Source: Tubulanus polymorphus
Lineage: Eukaryota > Animalia > Nemertea
Assembly: GCF_964204645.1 (NCBI RefSeq)
Contig: NC_134034.1
Span: forward strand, 9,064,962 to 9,128,961
DNA: 64,000 nucleotides
Direction of reading: 5' to 3'
The notes below the pieces were generated by a model. The model was not told the DNA's origin. It made no database searches and saw only the letters and a list, made by a program, of their open reading frames with translations. How positions within the stretch are numbered: the first letter of the stretch is position 1; each line of letters starts with the position of its first letter. The translations under genes and the position numbers were made by a program. Of this stretch, positions 40,265-54,295 are shown piece by piece.

Positions 40265-41278
40265 GGGTCTGACTATTTCAGATGGCTGGGAGTCACCTTC
40301 ATTTCGGTCTGCAAATTATACATTTAGACTTTACCTACGTACCTAAAATGGCGGACGATTCAACTTCATCTTCCGATCCGTCTTATTGTTGTCATGATTG
40401 TCATGATTTTATGGCGGTGTCATCACTCATCAATGAACACGAATTGAAGTCAAGAACTAAGTGGTGCGTCTGGTGGAAGGAAAATTTCTCTGAATATTGT
40501 GGTGGTATGTTTATCTTTTACCGTAATTTTAATGTCTCTCTGACTCTAGTCTTGTTAATTGTTTTCTGTTCTATCTATCTAGGCCTATAGTACAGTATAA
40601 TAACTTATAAGCTGATGAGTGTTGTGTTAAGAAAACACTTGTCGTGTTGACATATGGCCTCGCAAACAGCATATATGCACCAGTACGAATAAGCCTTCCT
40701 GTACTGTTTTTCGATATGATCGTATGTCTATAGGCTAATACATGCAGGCGCGCGTCACCGGAATTACGGGTATTATTGGGGCAAACCACTTCATTTCATT
40801 TCAGCGAAATCACAATATATAGCCTAATGGTGATCATTACAAAAAATTTGGTCGTAACCAAAATTATGGGGGGCAGATGCTTCATCGCCCCCCCCCCCCC
40901 CCCCTATGATGCCGCTTTGACAAGCTGCCAGTTTTGCTTGGCCTAGCCTACTTAAACTATAATTTTCTGGTTATATTTTTAATTCTATAAATGCTTGACT
41001 TGAATGGACTTAATACCAAAACATATTTTTGTTGGGGGGTGCAACATGCTTTTTTCTCTTTCACTTACTGCTTTTTGACTTAATGTTTTTGTCTAATACT
41101 CCATATAACATGTATATGATGTATTTTTGATAATGGTTATTGGGATCATTACACAGCACAAATGTGGTGTCGATTAGTTACATAAAAAATATGCTAATTA
41201 TTTTAATATAGGAACATTTAAAGTTGTGGAAAATTTTTGTCCATTGTAAATGTGTGGACTCATTGGCATATATATACC

Positions 41279-41346
<68 letters not shown>

Positions 41347-41382
41347 CTCACCTGTTGCCGAAGTGTGCAGAAAATAAATGTT

Positions 41383-41443
<61 letters not shown>

Positions 41444-41449
41444 AATGTT

Positions 41450-41537
<88 letters not shown>

Positions 41538-42231
41538 AACATTTATTTTCTGCACACTTCGGCAACAGGTGAGCTAATTTGGCCATTTTGGTTTGCTTTT
41601 TAACTTTTTACACATAATAATTTTTCATATCTTAGTAACCCGATCGTTGTAGAGAAATGTTTGACAATCACCATATTTGTATATCAATGACTTGTAATAT
41701 TCACCATATTGTACTCAATGTCACCTAACATCATCTGAACCGTATGCACTATTAAAATGCTGTAAGGCCGTGTTGTAATCCAATTTTCAAATTTCCAAGT
41801 CAATCAGAACTATGTACATGTATATTCAAATTTTAAAATTGTGTAATTTGATTTATATCAGAACAATGTGGTGTTTATTCAAATTTAGAAATTTGTGAAA
41901 TAAAAAAGTTTGTATGGTACATATATATGGTTTTAGTTTATATTTTTGTTCAAGTTGAATGTAATTTACGAGGACTTTTTAAGGAATTTCCTTTTGGTTA
42001 GCAGATCTCCTGATTGGAAATAAGTTTCTATTGGTAATTAAATTGAATTTCATTCAGACAAAAAATGGGAATTTTGTTTGAACGAATTGCGCTGAGGGAC
42101 CGAGTTCGTGGAACGATTTACGGGATTCGAACCCAGTGTATTGTGCTACGTTACATCGTAGGTGAAGTCTAAATGTATAATTCGTTGACCGAAATGAAGG
42201 TGACTCCCAGCCATCTGAAATAGTCAGACCC
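40265..42231. mobile_element. Non-autonomous MULE-like element, copy B
   Basis: Same TIR as copy A; different 9-bp TSD gtaacaacg (40256-40264, 42232-42240); near-identical body. Confidence 0.9.
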
Positions 42232-42849
42232 GTAACAACGACTGGTATTCAGACTAAGAGGGACGAAGAGACTAAGATCCGCGACAACGCCGGTCCTTCC
42301 CCGGTCGCGCAAGGATTAGACAAGAAAATTGGAGATAATTCTCCAAGCGTCTTACCCTCACGTGAATCAGAATGTTCCCCCTAATAGTCAACAATAATAG
42401 ACGTTGGAAATACTAGCCGGGAGACGGGCGCATCGACCGGCCCGCAACCTGCTCGGAGCCAACATTCACAAACAATGCTTATCGAGGATTCCTCGTGAGC
42501 GACACCTCACGGGGGAAGCCGGTGAAATAAAGAATGGCGGCCCGCGAACGCGAAAAATTGATATAGACAAGATATCAGATAAAGGACATATAAAAGACAG
42601 GTAAGGGTTGACAAGCTCTAAAAGAGGGCGGGACCGGAGTTGGACTCTGTAACAAAAAGGAAACCCGCTATTCCGCTACAGTTGCAACAAAACGGAATGG
42701 TGCTTTTTCCAATTGGTTGTGCCGTGGCCACTTACTAGCTATGTTCACGGGAATTTTTTTAACGGATCTGTCATATCATGTTATATATCAAATGAAAGCC
42801 TAAAAAATGATCTTCCAAAGGCAAAAAGAATTTCTAAGATTGACCAATG

Positions 42850-44844
42850 GGCATTCCTTTACTTTCGCACCGCACTATGTTCCACTCTGTCTACGTCCTT
42901 CAAACTTATGTCACTGGTGTATTTTTGTATGGGGAATCTTATGGTGAAGTCCGTTTTTTAATATCTCTCAACAGAAAATAAAATTCGCTTTTTTATAAAA
43001 TTTTCTTCCTCCAGTTTTTACGTGCTGCAAATGGTCGCCATGTTGGGAATCAGTAAAAGTCGGACTATGGCCTCCGGTCTTACTAACTACCGACAGAAAC
43101 AGTTAAAAAGACACATTTTTGGAATAGAATAGAAAAAATGATTATTATTATCGGATTAATAAAACGGTCAATGATGTCTAAGAAACATACATGATACAGA
43201 AAATAAAAATATACAAATATACAATATATACGTGCCTCGTCGAGTCACAGCGGATAAAATTGTCGGATCAAATCGACCCTCTGTAGTCCCGTGCATCCTC
43301 ATTTGCTTCGCTTTCGCACAGCTCCACAGATTTTCGACGTTGTTTGTATGCACTCCCGTGTTCGGATCCACGAAGTGCAAATTGTGATTAACAGTTGCGT
43401 GCTGATATCCAGCGCCGGGAATATTTCCAATTTGATTGTAAGCCGCCCACATATCGCTTAGAATCGTACTGCCCGGAGCAATGTGCTGCTGGATTAGTGG
43501 CAGTAGGGTTGCTGCATCCCTACGTCCATGTGGGCACTCGACAAGAAAAGCCTCCTTCGTTTCCACGCAAATTCCTCCGAAAACCCACCGCTGTGCGAAG
43601 GGACGCGCGTGGTGGTTTGCCGCTCTACAGGCTCTAGAAACGAGTGTTTCGTCTATTTGGACCGTGAGGCCAGGACCACCTATCACCGGCGGGTTGATAA
43701 ACAAGCGTTGTTCGCAAAGATCCCGATGAAAATTGTTCCAAACAACCAGCGTTTTTTCCGAGAGCTGCAACATCTGTCCCATCGATGCTTGGCTTATATC
43801 TGAAAGCGACCAAAGATACGTAAGAAGTACCAATTTCTGTACTGGTACCCGCGAATTCCTGAACCAGCTACCATCCTGTAAACATAAATTGGAAACAGTT
43901 AACAATAATGGATCGAATGCTGCTGTGATTTGATATCAATAAAATTGCTGGAATGTAACTTACTTTGACACTAATTGTTGAATGAGCCCGATTTGCGCAT
44001 CTCCACACATATCCGATTGAATCACGCTGTTGTTGGCCTAAAACCATCGGTTCATTGCATTGTCTGCAATTAACCCTAGCTTTCAAAAGTTCGCGATCTT
44101 GGCACCACTGAATGATCGCTTCGTTGTCGTTGAGTTGTTGAATTAAATCAATGATAGTGATATTTTCGTGTGTTGGCCACTGTCCTCCGGCTTGAGCCAT
44201 CTTGAGACGTATGGTGCGAGGGCATTTTTACTTTCAGTATTTATTCATTTTGGAAATTGATGGCATCAGCGGCATTTTCCACAGGTTGTTAAACTATTGC
44301 TGTGGGTTTGTCTCATTCATCTCATTCCCACAGCAGTGAACTGCCGTGGGTTTATACATTGTTATATATATATACTAAAAGTCCTTTGATCATGATCTGT
44401 CACTCAGTCATTTGTTATATTGTATAAAAACAGAAGAGATGCCCAGGATCCCAGTAGCCGCCCGTGTGACTTTCCCATATCAAAAAGAAAAACAACCTAT
44501 TTAAGGAAAATTGTAAATTTATTTTTAGGATTTTATGAACAACGTTACACATTTACAAACATTATTTGTTAGATGTTGAATACTTGAAATATTTTTCATA
44601 CTTTTCTGTATCAATAAAATCAATTGAAATGAATTGATCCTATTACGACTTTTTAACACAACCAAAAAATAATTGCTGACGAGATGACCATCACCTGTGA
44701 AAAAAAGCGAATTTTATTTTCTGTTGGAGATATTAAAAAACGGACTTCACCATAAGATTCCTCATACAAAAATACACCAGTGACATAAGTTTGAAGGACG
44801 TAGACAGAGTGGAACATAGTGCGGTACGAAAGTAAAGGAATGCC
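42850..44844. mobile_element. Merlin-3: single-gene Merlin transposon
   Basis: ~145-bp TIR starting ggcattcctttactttcg; 8-bp TSD gaccaatg (42842-42849, 44845-44852). Confidence 0.95.
43168..44200 (-). CDS. Merlin transposase, 2 exons (44200-43964, 43875-43168); C-terminus apparently disrupted
   Basis: CxxC..WRC ribbon, QIDET, WVFGG, SDMW, VNH, HTNNVENLW; lacks the terminal YxxEFxxR motif seen in the other two copies. Confidence 0.88.
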
Positions 44845-45311
44845 GACCAATGTACACAGAAGTTACGTGCCCTTGAAAATGTAAGGATTTCAAAAATTTT
44901 CTGCCGCAGTATTAGTAAAAGCAGCACTTAGTGATCGCTCCCCAGTAACCAGTCATTGTTGCGTTAATTATTGTATTTAATTGATTAATATTTTACATTT
45001 AACATTTCTTAATTAATTTAAGGTAAGTATCATATTATAAATGGAAAGTGTATGTAGAAAACAGTCATTTATAAGTCACGTAGGAAAGTTTGAGGAAAAA
45101 TGTTAAACGCAACGATATTTTCTCGTGAACTCCAAAAATTTGTTATGATGTTTACCTAGAAAGCGTGCATGGTGACGTTTTGATATAACTTCAATGTCGA
45201 GGTTAGTATAACTTAGTTTTAACTCTAACTGGAATTTTAGATATCTAAAAATAAAATAACAATTATGAAATAACTAATATTTATAACGTATTTATAAATA
45301 CACTGACTAAT

Positions 45312-47251
45312 TTACAGCACTGTGATATTTCCGCTTTGTATTTCTTCTTCCAGTTTCTCAACATACAATGCATCATCATTATCGTACTTGATATTGAATC
45401 ATGACGAGTAACCAGGAACAGAAGAAATAACCGTAGCTAAAAATTTGGTGAGTACGCCGCTATCATTTGGATCGTCTTCATTTTTTACAAGCATTTCATG
45501 ACTGATTGTTTTCCCTATCAAATTTCCAGCTCGTTCTCTTTCCGTTGCGGTTGTTGGAATCGCTTCTGCTGCTTCGACAAGCTGAATGACATTTGCTTGT
45601 AGTTCATCTAAACTTAAATTCCTTCTTTTCTTTTCATCTACTCTCACAGAAAATCTGTATATAGAGGCATCATCCCATTGCTGCTGGAGAATTATCTCAC
45701 GGAACCTTAACTGTCCCTTCAAAGCCATTTCTTTATCACTTTTGGTTTTCAGATTATTCAAACTCTGGATAACATCTTGGGGAGTTTGCCAAAAGCCATA
45801 ATACATGATGTCTTTGATTATTAGTTCTCTTTCCTTCATTTGCCGTTCTCTTTTTTCAGCTAGCGCCTTTCTCTTATCAGCTAAGTTCTGAATTCTTTTT
45901 TCAGCTATCTCTTTTCTGCGCAATTTGTAAAGCTCTTGTATCTTGCGGCGATCAGTCATGGCTTTCTGTACAAGTGCTTCTTGCTGTTTTGTAGGTTTTG
46001 ATGCTAGCCAGTCTTGTGTCTTGTTGAGGGAGAACATAATATAAGCTTCAATTCCAATGTGACTGATGTTGGGCTTGAATCTGAGTAACTGATCAGAATA
46101 GGCAAAGACTCTTTCTGCAAACTTATTGTGTAGCTCAGCACTTCCTGATGTTGAATGTTTCTCATTAGTTGAGAATTCACCTCCCTCCAAAAATTCCTTA
46201 TACTGTTCCTTGAGCAGATTGACAATAGCAGGTAAGATGACGGAAAGTTGCAGTTCACATTCATTATCATATTCAGATTCTTCTATCAAACATGAATATA
46301 CATGATCTTTCTTTACAGGATATATGTCGCTAAAGACTTCAAGTTCACCATTCATAAATTCACTGATCCTGGCACTAGCACTTTCGATGTAACTGATGAG
46401 CTCTGGAACAAATCGAATGAGGTCTACCATTTTTACTGTTTTATCCTCAGTGAGCCTCCACAATGGTCCAGTGATGAATTTACTGATTAGCCCTAATGCT
46501 TTACATCCAGCGATATTGTCTACGGATTTAAGGTCTGCAAACACAGACTTCAAGAGGCGATTTGGATTATCAACCATTTCCAAATAATCATCTTTTTGTG
46601 ATCAGCTTGCTGTTCATCTTGACAATTGCGCTTATTGGACATTTTGAATGGTATTCGCAGCCATTTTTGAAGTTCTTCCTACAAGAAATGAAATTTGGCT
46701 AATTGCTTCACTGGAGAAAAAACTGAATTTATATTTTTGTCTCCCTTCAAGTTTATAATACTGCATTTATAAATTCTATCATTATTGTAGGACTGTAGAG
46801 TATTTTTCATTCTTTATTAAAATTAATTGACAAAAAACTCTATCTTATGTTTTTATCAACTAAAAACTATTATATTATAAAAACTATTATAGATTCGAGA
46901 TGGTCGAGAATGTCATTTTCTAATGATGAGATGTAACATTACCTTTTTTGATGGCCGATTCTTTGACTTCAGCAAACTTTCATGATGTTTCACCATCCTG
47001 TCAAGCTTGGTATAAATTGAACTCTTGTTTGTTGATGGAAAATGTTCATTTATCCATTCACCACATTTCTTCCTGCCATTGTTTTTATGGTAATGAAGAT
47101 CATCACTTGTCATTAATGAATCATCATCGACATCGCTATCAGGCTGTAACATGATTAACCTATAAATAGAAAGTTTACGATGAAATGTATAGAAAAACAA
47201 ATTCAGATTATATTTAGAACTGTACATAGAATTTTGGCCAATTTGACACAA
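45312..47251 (-). pseudogene. hATw-like transposase remnant (C-terminal half plus N-terminal fragments)
   Basis: KALGLISKFITGPLWR and HNKFAERVF (candidate catalytic E). The reading frame continues past the stop at 45399-45401 as FNIKYDNDD...GNITVL. The central catalytic DD region is not seen. Confidence 0.7.
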
Positions 47252-47736
47252 AAAAAACTAGGCATGTCCTATTTTGTTCGCCTACTTCTAGTTTTGATCA
47301 TTCAGATTTTTTCACTCAAAAGTCTCAAAAAATTAATTGGATGTCCATATAGTCATACTTATTCATTATTGAAACAACTATGGTAGGCTATTAATGAATA
47401 AGATAGGCCCATCATATGGTTTTGTTAAGATTCTAGCTTTTGGATATAAGAAATGGCCAGAAATGTTAATGATTGGGCATCTTTTTATTATGAATACAGT
47501 CAGCTGTTTTCCGCACGTGCGTTTGTTTACAAATAATCGATGACGTAATCACCGCGACCCTTAAATAACGCCCTCGTCGAGGAAGTGCGCGAAATTGCGG
47601 AGATCCGTAATTTATTTTATTTTGCAGACGACGTTATATTCCATCAGATTAAAGCTTATTTTCGTTGAGCTCGATTGAATTAAATCCGATTTTTGAGTTC
47701 TTAGTACGCTGTTTGATAAAAAATTGTCTTACCTGG

Positions 47737-48563
47737 TGTCACGACCTTGCATTCATAACTTCATATATTCATGCATTCTGCATGCATGCATAGCTTATAG
47801 CTAGCTGTGTGTTTGTTGGGATCGGCGCACCTTTCTCAATGTGACCATTCAACCCTAGCGGTCAATTCTATATAAGATTTGGTTTAAGCGTCGTTTCACT
47901 AGACACGACAAACCCGTCCAGCTGTTAGGACACCGTATTGGGTGTAGTATAGTAACACATGTATGCTGTTCACGGGGTAAGTTAAACTATTCTAATATTT
48001 ATTCTTAATAATCATTCCAAGCAAATTGCTTAATAGATAAACCATTGTATTGTTCTATCTTCGGATAAATCTTTGTATTATAATCAAATAACATTAGAAT
48101 TGAGACGCACGTTTGGTTTGCAGGGTTTATGACCCTTATAAATGTCGTAACAATAATTGTTGTTGTCTTTTAGTTTGTGAATTATATCCACTCAGATACG
48201 TCAAGTGAGTGCGTGTCTCGAAACCTCCCGTACTCAAGCTACGTCAGTTAGTGCGGTTAACGTCTGAGCGCCTGATATTTCAGTTACTAACGGACGGTCG
48301 TCAACATTCGCAATATCCTGGGAGACCCACATACGTTGATCAGTGTGCACCCATCAAGGTCACGTCTCACTCGGATACCACCACGGCTCACTACTGGAGA
48401 AGTGTGATCAAACTCTAATTCTAACTCCATTCTAATTAACTGTAGAAGTTACGTTGGAATAAATTTGTAATTCGTTTTGTTTTAATTTAAGAATTCTTGT
48501 CGTCCGTTGTTGATTCTCTGCTATCGGATATCCTATTGGGGTTTTCCACGGACCCTCGTGACA
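47737..48563 (+). mobile_element. Solo LTR (827 bp)
   Basis: tgtcacga...tcgtgaca termini; 5-bp TSD cctgg (47732-47736, 48564-48568); AATAAA at ~48458. Confidence 0.88.
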
Positions 48564-49012
48564 CCTGGGATTTGAACCGGCTGGCTGAGGTTAAATTTCC
48601 GATTAGTTGTAAAATCGATGAAGCTGTTACAAAAAAGAAGGTCATTCGCCATTGATATGCTAATTTCTGGGCTTCAAATTCATTATCCTAATAAGGAAAT
48701 ATATTCGGTTAGAAATGCATATTCATATCCGTCGCTTCGCGATGAAATCCAAGATGGCGGCGTATTGTTTACATTCGAAGCGAAAATTTGCCAGCGCAAA
48801 AACCTTGTTTCCACAGTAATTATTGAAAATAGACATGATGTAACGCATCAAAAGACAACATAAGCAAGTACTGTTTATAAAAATACGTTTATTAATTTCT
48901 GACAGTGTCTCATTTATACGCTATTTAACCCTGAAGTTGGCTTGTTTCTTAAAATTCCCCATGCCGGCAGGCTGAAAAATCCAATATGGCGGCTCCCGTG
49001 AACATCGCTACA

Positions 49013-49519
49013 CTTACTGTCTGTCACACATGCTCTTCGTGCGACGTTTTGGTCCGTAATTTCGTTAATAATCGGTTGATCTGTAAATATTATGCATCAA
49101 TTTGTTCAGTAAGGAATTTGCATTCAGAAATAAATCATGAACTGGCAGAAATTTGTTTGTGTTTTCTTCTATCAGCGATAGTTTACCTAGCATACGCTCG
49201 CTTAATGCTGAAAAACGGCTTTTATGGCCCGTCACGTGGCGCCACCTACTGTATTTTTATATGCTAATGAGCAGGTGATGACGCCACTGTAACGTTTCCG
49301 AGCGTCCGCGGAGCGGATTTTTCAGCATTACGCGAGCGTATGCTGAGTAAACCATCGCTCATAAATGAAAACAAAAACAACTTAAGTGAAAATTGTTGTT
49401 TATTTCTGAATGCAAATTCCTCACTGAACAAATTGATGCATAATAAAGGTAGATAAACCGATTATTAACGAAATTACGGACCAAAATGTCGCACGGAGAG
49501 TAGGTGTGACAGACAGTAA
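49013..49519. mobile_element. Palindromic ~500-bp MITE (copy 2)
   Basis: ttactgtctgtcacac...gtgtgacagacagtaa ends; similar to 23988-24480. Confidence 0.82.
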
Positions 49520-52500
49520 CAGGTATGTGGCAGAAAATTTCGAAGTTATCCTACAATGATTACTTTAACACAGCTGAAGAGAGCAGGGAAAATCCTTTCC
49601 AAAAATGCCTGGTTTGTCTTTCTAGCTCAAATATTAGGGAAATTATGAAATTTTGAAGATCTCAAAATGACACCCGTAATTAATAAGGCAAACAATAGGA
49701 TAAGTGTGATTGCAAATGGGTAAGAAACGCACAAAAAGTACCATAACTTCCTTAATATAAAAGATAGCACCATGAAACTTTCAGGGATGATAAAACATAA
49801 CAAGAGTTGCAAATATTAGTTTCAAAAGTTCATATAGATTTATTATTCTAAAAGTTATAGATATTTAACTAATATCAATTAGCCTAATAATGATACGTAA
49901 TTATCGAAATACATGAAAATCTTTGTAACTTCACTAACACAATTTGATTTACAACATTACAAGGTCACCAAGCAAGTAATCAACAGCAAATTCATAATTT
50001 GTCATATCAGAGTCCTCTCCATCATCATCATATGTTTCACCTTCACTCCAATAACAAATGACATACACGCTCTTAGACTTCAGTCTTTTCATTTTTTCTA
50101 TCTTCCCGTAGTAGAAGAGTCTAAGATTTTTCTCATCATCATGCCAGTAGTGCCCGACATCTCGCCCGATACAGTCCCCAGACAGCAGATCAGTTAATTC
50201 TAACAGTTGATCTGAATCCAGATCGGGGAACGCTGACCCAACCTCTTCAGCCGGTGTTTCTCTGAGTTTTTTCTCCATTTTTTTACGATCAGCCATACAG
50301 CGTTTTTGAGTTTTGCACGCTCGCCTTAGTGAAATGTCTCTTAGAATTTGTTTGGCTTCATTGCGACTTTCTGTATTGTACTGTCTAGCTTGCTTGACAG
50401 AAAACTGCACTAGGTGATCACGCTCTGGTACTTCGAAAGTGTCCATGAACTCATTTACACGATTTTTCTGTGCACGTAATTTAGATGACAAGAAAACCAT
50501 TGTTGCAAAAAACATCGTTTGGCTGTTGACGAAGTGCAGACAGAATATCATTTTTTCGCACTAGTTCTCTGTTTTTACTATCCTTTCCACAAATTTTGTG
50601 TTCTAGCGGACTTCCAAACAAGTCTGTTTCTCTCGTTAAAACAGACAAAATATCTTTCTTTTGTTCTTTCATCATTGCCAGGACATTTCTTACCAAGCTT
50701 ATACCATGCAGATGATTTATTTCGGTATCTTGGGATGTATAAAACCTCTGCATCCACGGACCAGTTAGCAGTTTTCCCATCAACCCAGCCACATGCATTT
50801 GCACGATAGCAGTAATATGGTTGAAGTCGGCTTTCAGAGCGGTTCTTAGGCCACCACAATCGGTTCCAGTGTCGAGAAATTTGCCAAACATTTTCAAGTG
50901 GCAAAAGTATTTCCCACATATGTGGAAAAATATATGCAGACGATTTCCACGATACCTTGGAATGAATCCCAAAGGTAAGCCATTTTCCATCAACATATTT
51001 TTAAATCCAGTTGGGTCACCTTTACCGTCTACAAAACGGAGTTTGTTCATTTGCAGAACAACATTTCCAGCCATACAATCATTTCCGAATAGTTTTCCAT
51101 TTTCAATTTCTTCTTTTTTTAGCGCAGCTCGAACTGTTGAGGCGATAGTGTCCAATGGATGAAGGTGGCAATTTAATTCAGTGAGTGATTTATCCCAAGC
51201 TCTATTTACTAAAACGATGGTAGCGTGGTTTGTATTGACTCTATCAGTCATACTGTTGGTGATTCGACTAATTATATCTGCGCGGCGTTCCTGGTAACTG
51301 ATATGTTTATATGCAGAGTAAAGTTTAGCAATATGATCGAATGAGGTTATAATATGACTACTGTAATCCGCAGCGGTTCCACCAGCTAAGCGGTCAATTG
51401 CAATCACTTGACAGCGTTCATTCGAAAATGTGAGATGGATGCTGTTTATATGGACTCCTTCTTGTGTCGTAGCATCAAAACCTAGAGTGATGTTATCATT
51501 CCTAAGTATGGTTTCAACAGATTGAATATCGCTGATAACTCCAAGTTCTCGACACATCTGTTCCACTGTTGTTCGATGCGGAATATCCGTTTTATAATCA
51601 AGTTCAACGTCGAACCTCGATGCAGACTGTTTCAATAGAGTTGGGATATTGGCGGTGGGCACCTGATTAACTAGAGCATCATAAACAAACAGCCGAGTTG
51701 ATACTTGTATCTTCTTGTTTTTACTCTCTCTACTGAAACTTTCCACTGTCCCTGATTGAGAACTGTCCAATTTCATCTCGAGGTCTTCAATAATGTCATT
51801 TTTCATATCAAGCTCCGATTTCAGCTTCTTCACTTCCGGTTGATCCACTAATTCCTGCTCCAATCGATCATTTTTCCTTTTTAACTTTCGAATTTTGTGA
51901 TTAGCGATTCCAAGCTTGACAAAATGTTCAGTTTCTGAATATTGTTCTTTCATTGCAGATATCTGGGCATCTCGACGTCTTAACTTCTGGGTCAAAACAC
52001 GAACATTGCGTTTTTTTAAAAGCTGATACTCTAAAAACGCGATGCGCTTCTTCAGTCTGGCTGACATATCTGAATGCAACTGGAGCGACTTGTCAAGTCG
52101 CAACCTGAGTGATGGACATTTTGCACAAACTGGAGTTGATGAACTCTCCGGCACTGATGACATCGGTCTACTTCGAACTGGTTTTGTATGACATGCAACA
52201 GAGAATCGCTCCTCACACAACGAAGAAAATTTGGCAAATTCGTTTGGATCGGTCAGCTTCTTAAATTTGTTGACTTTCCCGATCAAAAGCTGAATACGTT
52301 TCTTAAATTCGTATGGAGTAATGTTGATTGTTGGTTGTAACGCTGTTATCGTTTTTGCCTGGCTCTTCTTATTCTTGTTGAATGTATATATAACATGTCC
52401 ATTCTACATCTTCTTCAATTTTTGAAAATCTTTCCAGGAATTCACTGCCTACACCTATTTTCCGCGTCTTAACATCCTCTTTAACCTCCATTTGAAAAGA

Positions 52501-53292
52501 TCTGCAAATTTACCTCCAAATTTAAGAGAAAAAAAATCTATTGATAAAATAAGATTCAATTAATTTCCATGCAATAAGTGTCTATTTAAACCGAATTAGC
52601 TAGTTTGTAAATACATTTTTGAAAAGCACATGCGTTTATTTACTATTGACATTCGCATCAGCCAATCAGGTAACGAAGACGATGTCACGTGACCAAGAAT
52701 CGCCACAAAGTAAACAAAAGAAAACCCTTTCAAAATCATTTTAAAATCACATATTTTATTCTCAAAAGTACTTAGACATTTACCAAACATACTAATCTTT
52801 CGATTATTCATTCTAAAACATATTTTCGGCAATTTATAGGCCCATATTTCGACCCAACACCAGAAGACAAAACATCGTAATTTCTTCAAAAATGGCCGAC
52901 CACGTCAAAATACATCGTCCGTTCCGGGTAATATTTTACAATGTTCTTGTCCTAATATCTACTTCAAACTTCATCATTATTTCAATGAAAGACATAATTC
53001 GATATGCAAATAGGTTTCATTAATATGCAGTCTCACCTAGAGGTATATTTAGCGCTTCGAAATCAGGTAAAATCTTCAAACTTCGCAAATTTCCGTGATT
53101 CTTAACCGATCAATAAAATTCGAAAACGAGGTGGAAGTCCCGGATTTCCCTGACATCATACTAGGGAATCCCATAGGTATTCCTCAAAATAAGCCAATCA
53201 GAGCGATTTTAGTAGGGGATATCCCTAAGAGAGCCCATTTCCGCGTCACAGAATAATCGAACTGCGCGTAGCACGATTCTGCCACATACCTA
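49520..53292 (-). mobile_element. Second hATw-like transposon
   Basis: TIR (c/t)aggtatgtggcagaa at both ends; no matching TSD found. Confidence 0.7.
49949..52286 (-). pseudogene. hATw-like DDE transposase, frameshifted or deleted near 50500
   Basis: LGFDATT (D1), SMTDR (D2), CHLH, RYRGNRLHIFF and GLMGKLLTGPWM, the last matching the 45-46 kb remnant. The region expected to hold the catalytic E is missing. Confidence 0.75.
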
Positions 53293-53804
53293 CTTAACAC
53301 ACAGGGGCTTGTAAACTGGCTTGGATTTTACTTCCGGGTTGTTGATAATCTCGCGAGAATGGCGCTAAATTTAAACTGCAAATAAATCTAAAATATCACA
53401 GAAATACCTCTTGTTGAGGTAAGATTCAAGAATAGGGGACTAGGTTGTCTACACTCCTAATATCAACCCGCCGTCGAAATACTTACCTCCACTGTAATTT
53501 GCATTAATCAATACAACAGCCGACGATTTTTTGTCAAAGTAATAACCCCTTGATTAGAAACTATAACAACAAACTAATCCGCCAATAAACCACAAATAAA
53601 CGAACACGGTCCGCCATGATGTTAGACTGGTCGCCTGTCGAATTCTGCGCCACATTCATTCGCAGTCAGAATAACTTATTCGAATAACTGAAGGTAGAGA
53701 CCGGTAACCAGTCTACCATGATGTCACACAAATTACCCCCAAAAACCATCCGACGAAGTCATGTAAAGCGGGGTGTCCAGCGGGCGCAACGGAAAACGGA
53801 TAAG

Positions 53805-54260
53805 AATAACACAGTCCTCAAATTAAATATGCAATCAAACCGATTTTCATGAAACCACAACCACAAACAACTAAACAATTTCAAATTCATAACTGATAAT
53901 TTTATTTACTTACATAAAACACAATCCTCAAATTAAAAAAATCAATCAAACCCGATACATTAACACAATCCTCAAATTGAATAAGCAATCAAACCTGATA
54001 CATTAACACAATCCTCAAATTAAATAAGCAATCAAACCTGATACATTAACACAATTCTCAAATTGAATAAGCAATCAAACCTGATAGGCCTACATTAACA
54101 CAATCCTCAAATTGAATAAGCAATCAAACCGATTTTCATGAAACAACCACAAACAACTAATCAATTTCAAATTCAGCACTGATAATTTTATTTACTTACA
54201 TAAAACACACCATTGACACAATCCTCAAATTAAATAAGCAATCAGACCTGATACATTCAC
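53805..54260 (+). repeat. ~43-bp tandem repeat array downstream of the Merlin-2 transposase
   Basis: acattaacacaatcctcaaattraataagcaatcaaacctgat repeated, with a higher-order duplicated spacer. Confidence 0.85.
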
Positions 54261-54295
54261 ACACACTCACCACTCACACATCTTTATCTGGTATC

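Larger units (their letters stand above)
42736..49010 (-). mobile_element. hATw-like DNA transposon hosting Merlin-3 and a solo LTR
   Basis: 16-bp TIR tagctatgttcacggg / cccgtgaacatcgcta; 7-bp TSD cacttac (42729-42735, 49011-49017); transposase remnant inside. Confidence 0.8.

Noticed and set aside
40245-42680. Solo LTR (tgtaagg...gctaca) split by MULE copy B
   Set aside because: TG/CA ends are present but there is no matching TSD.
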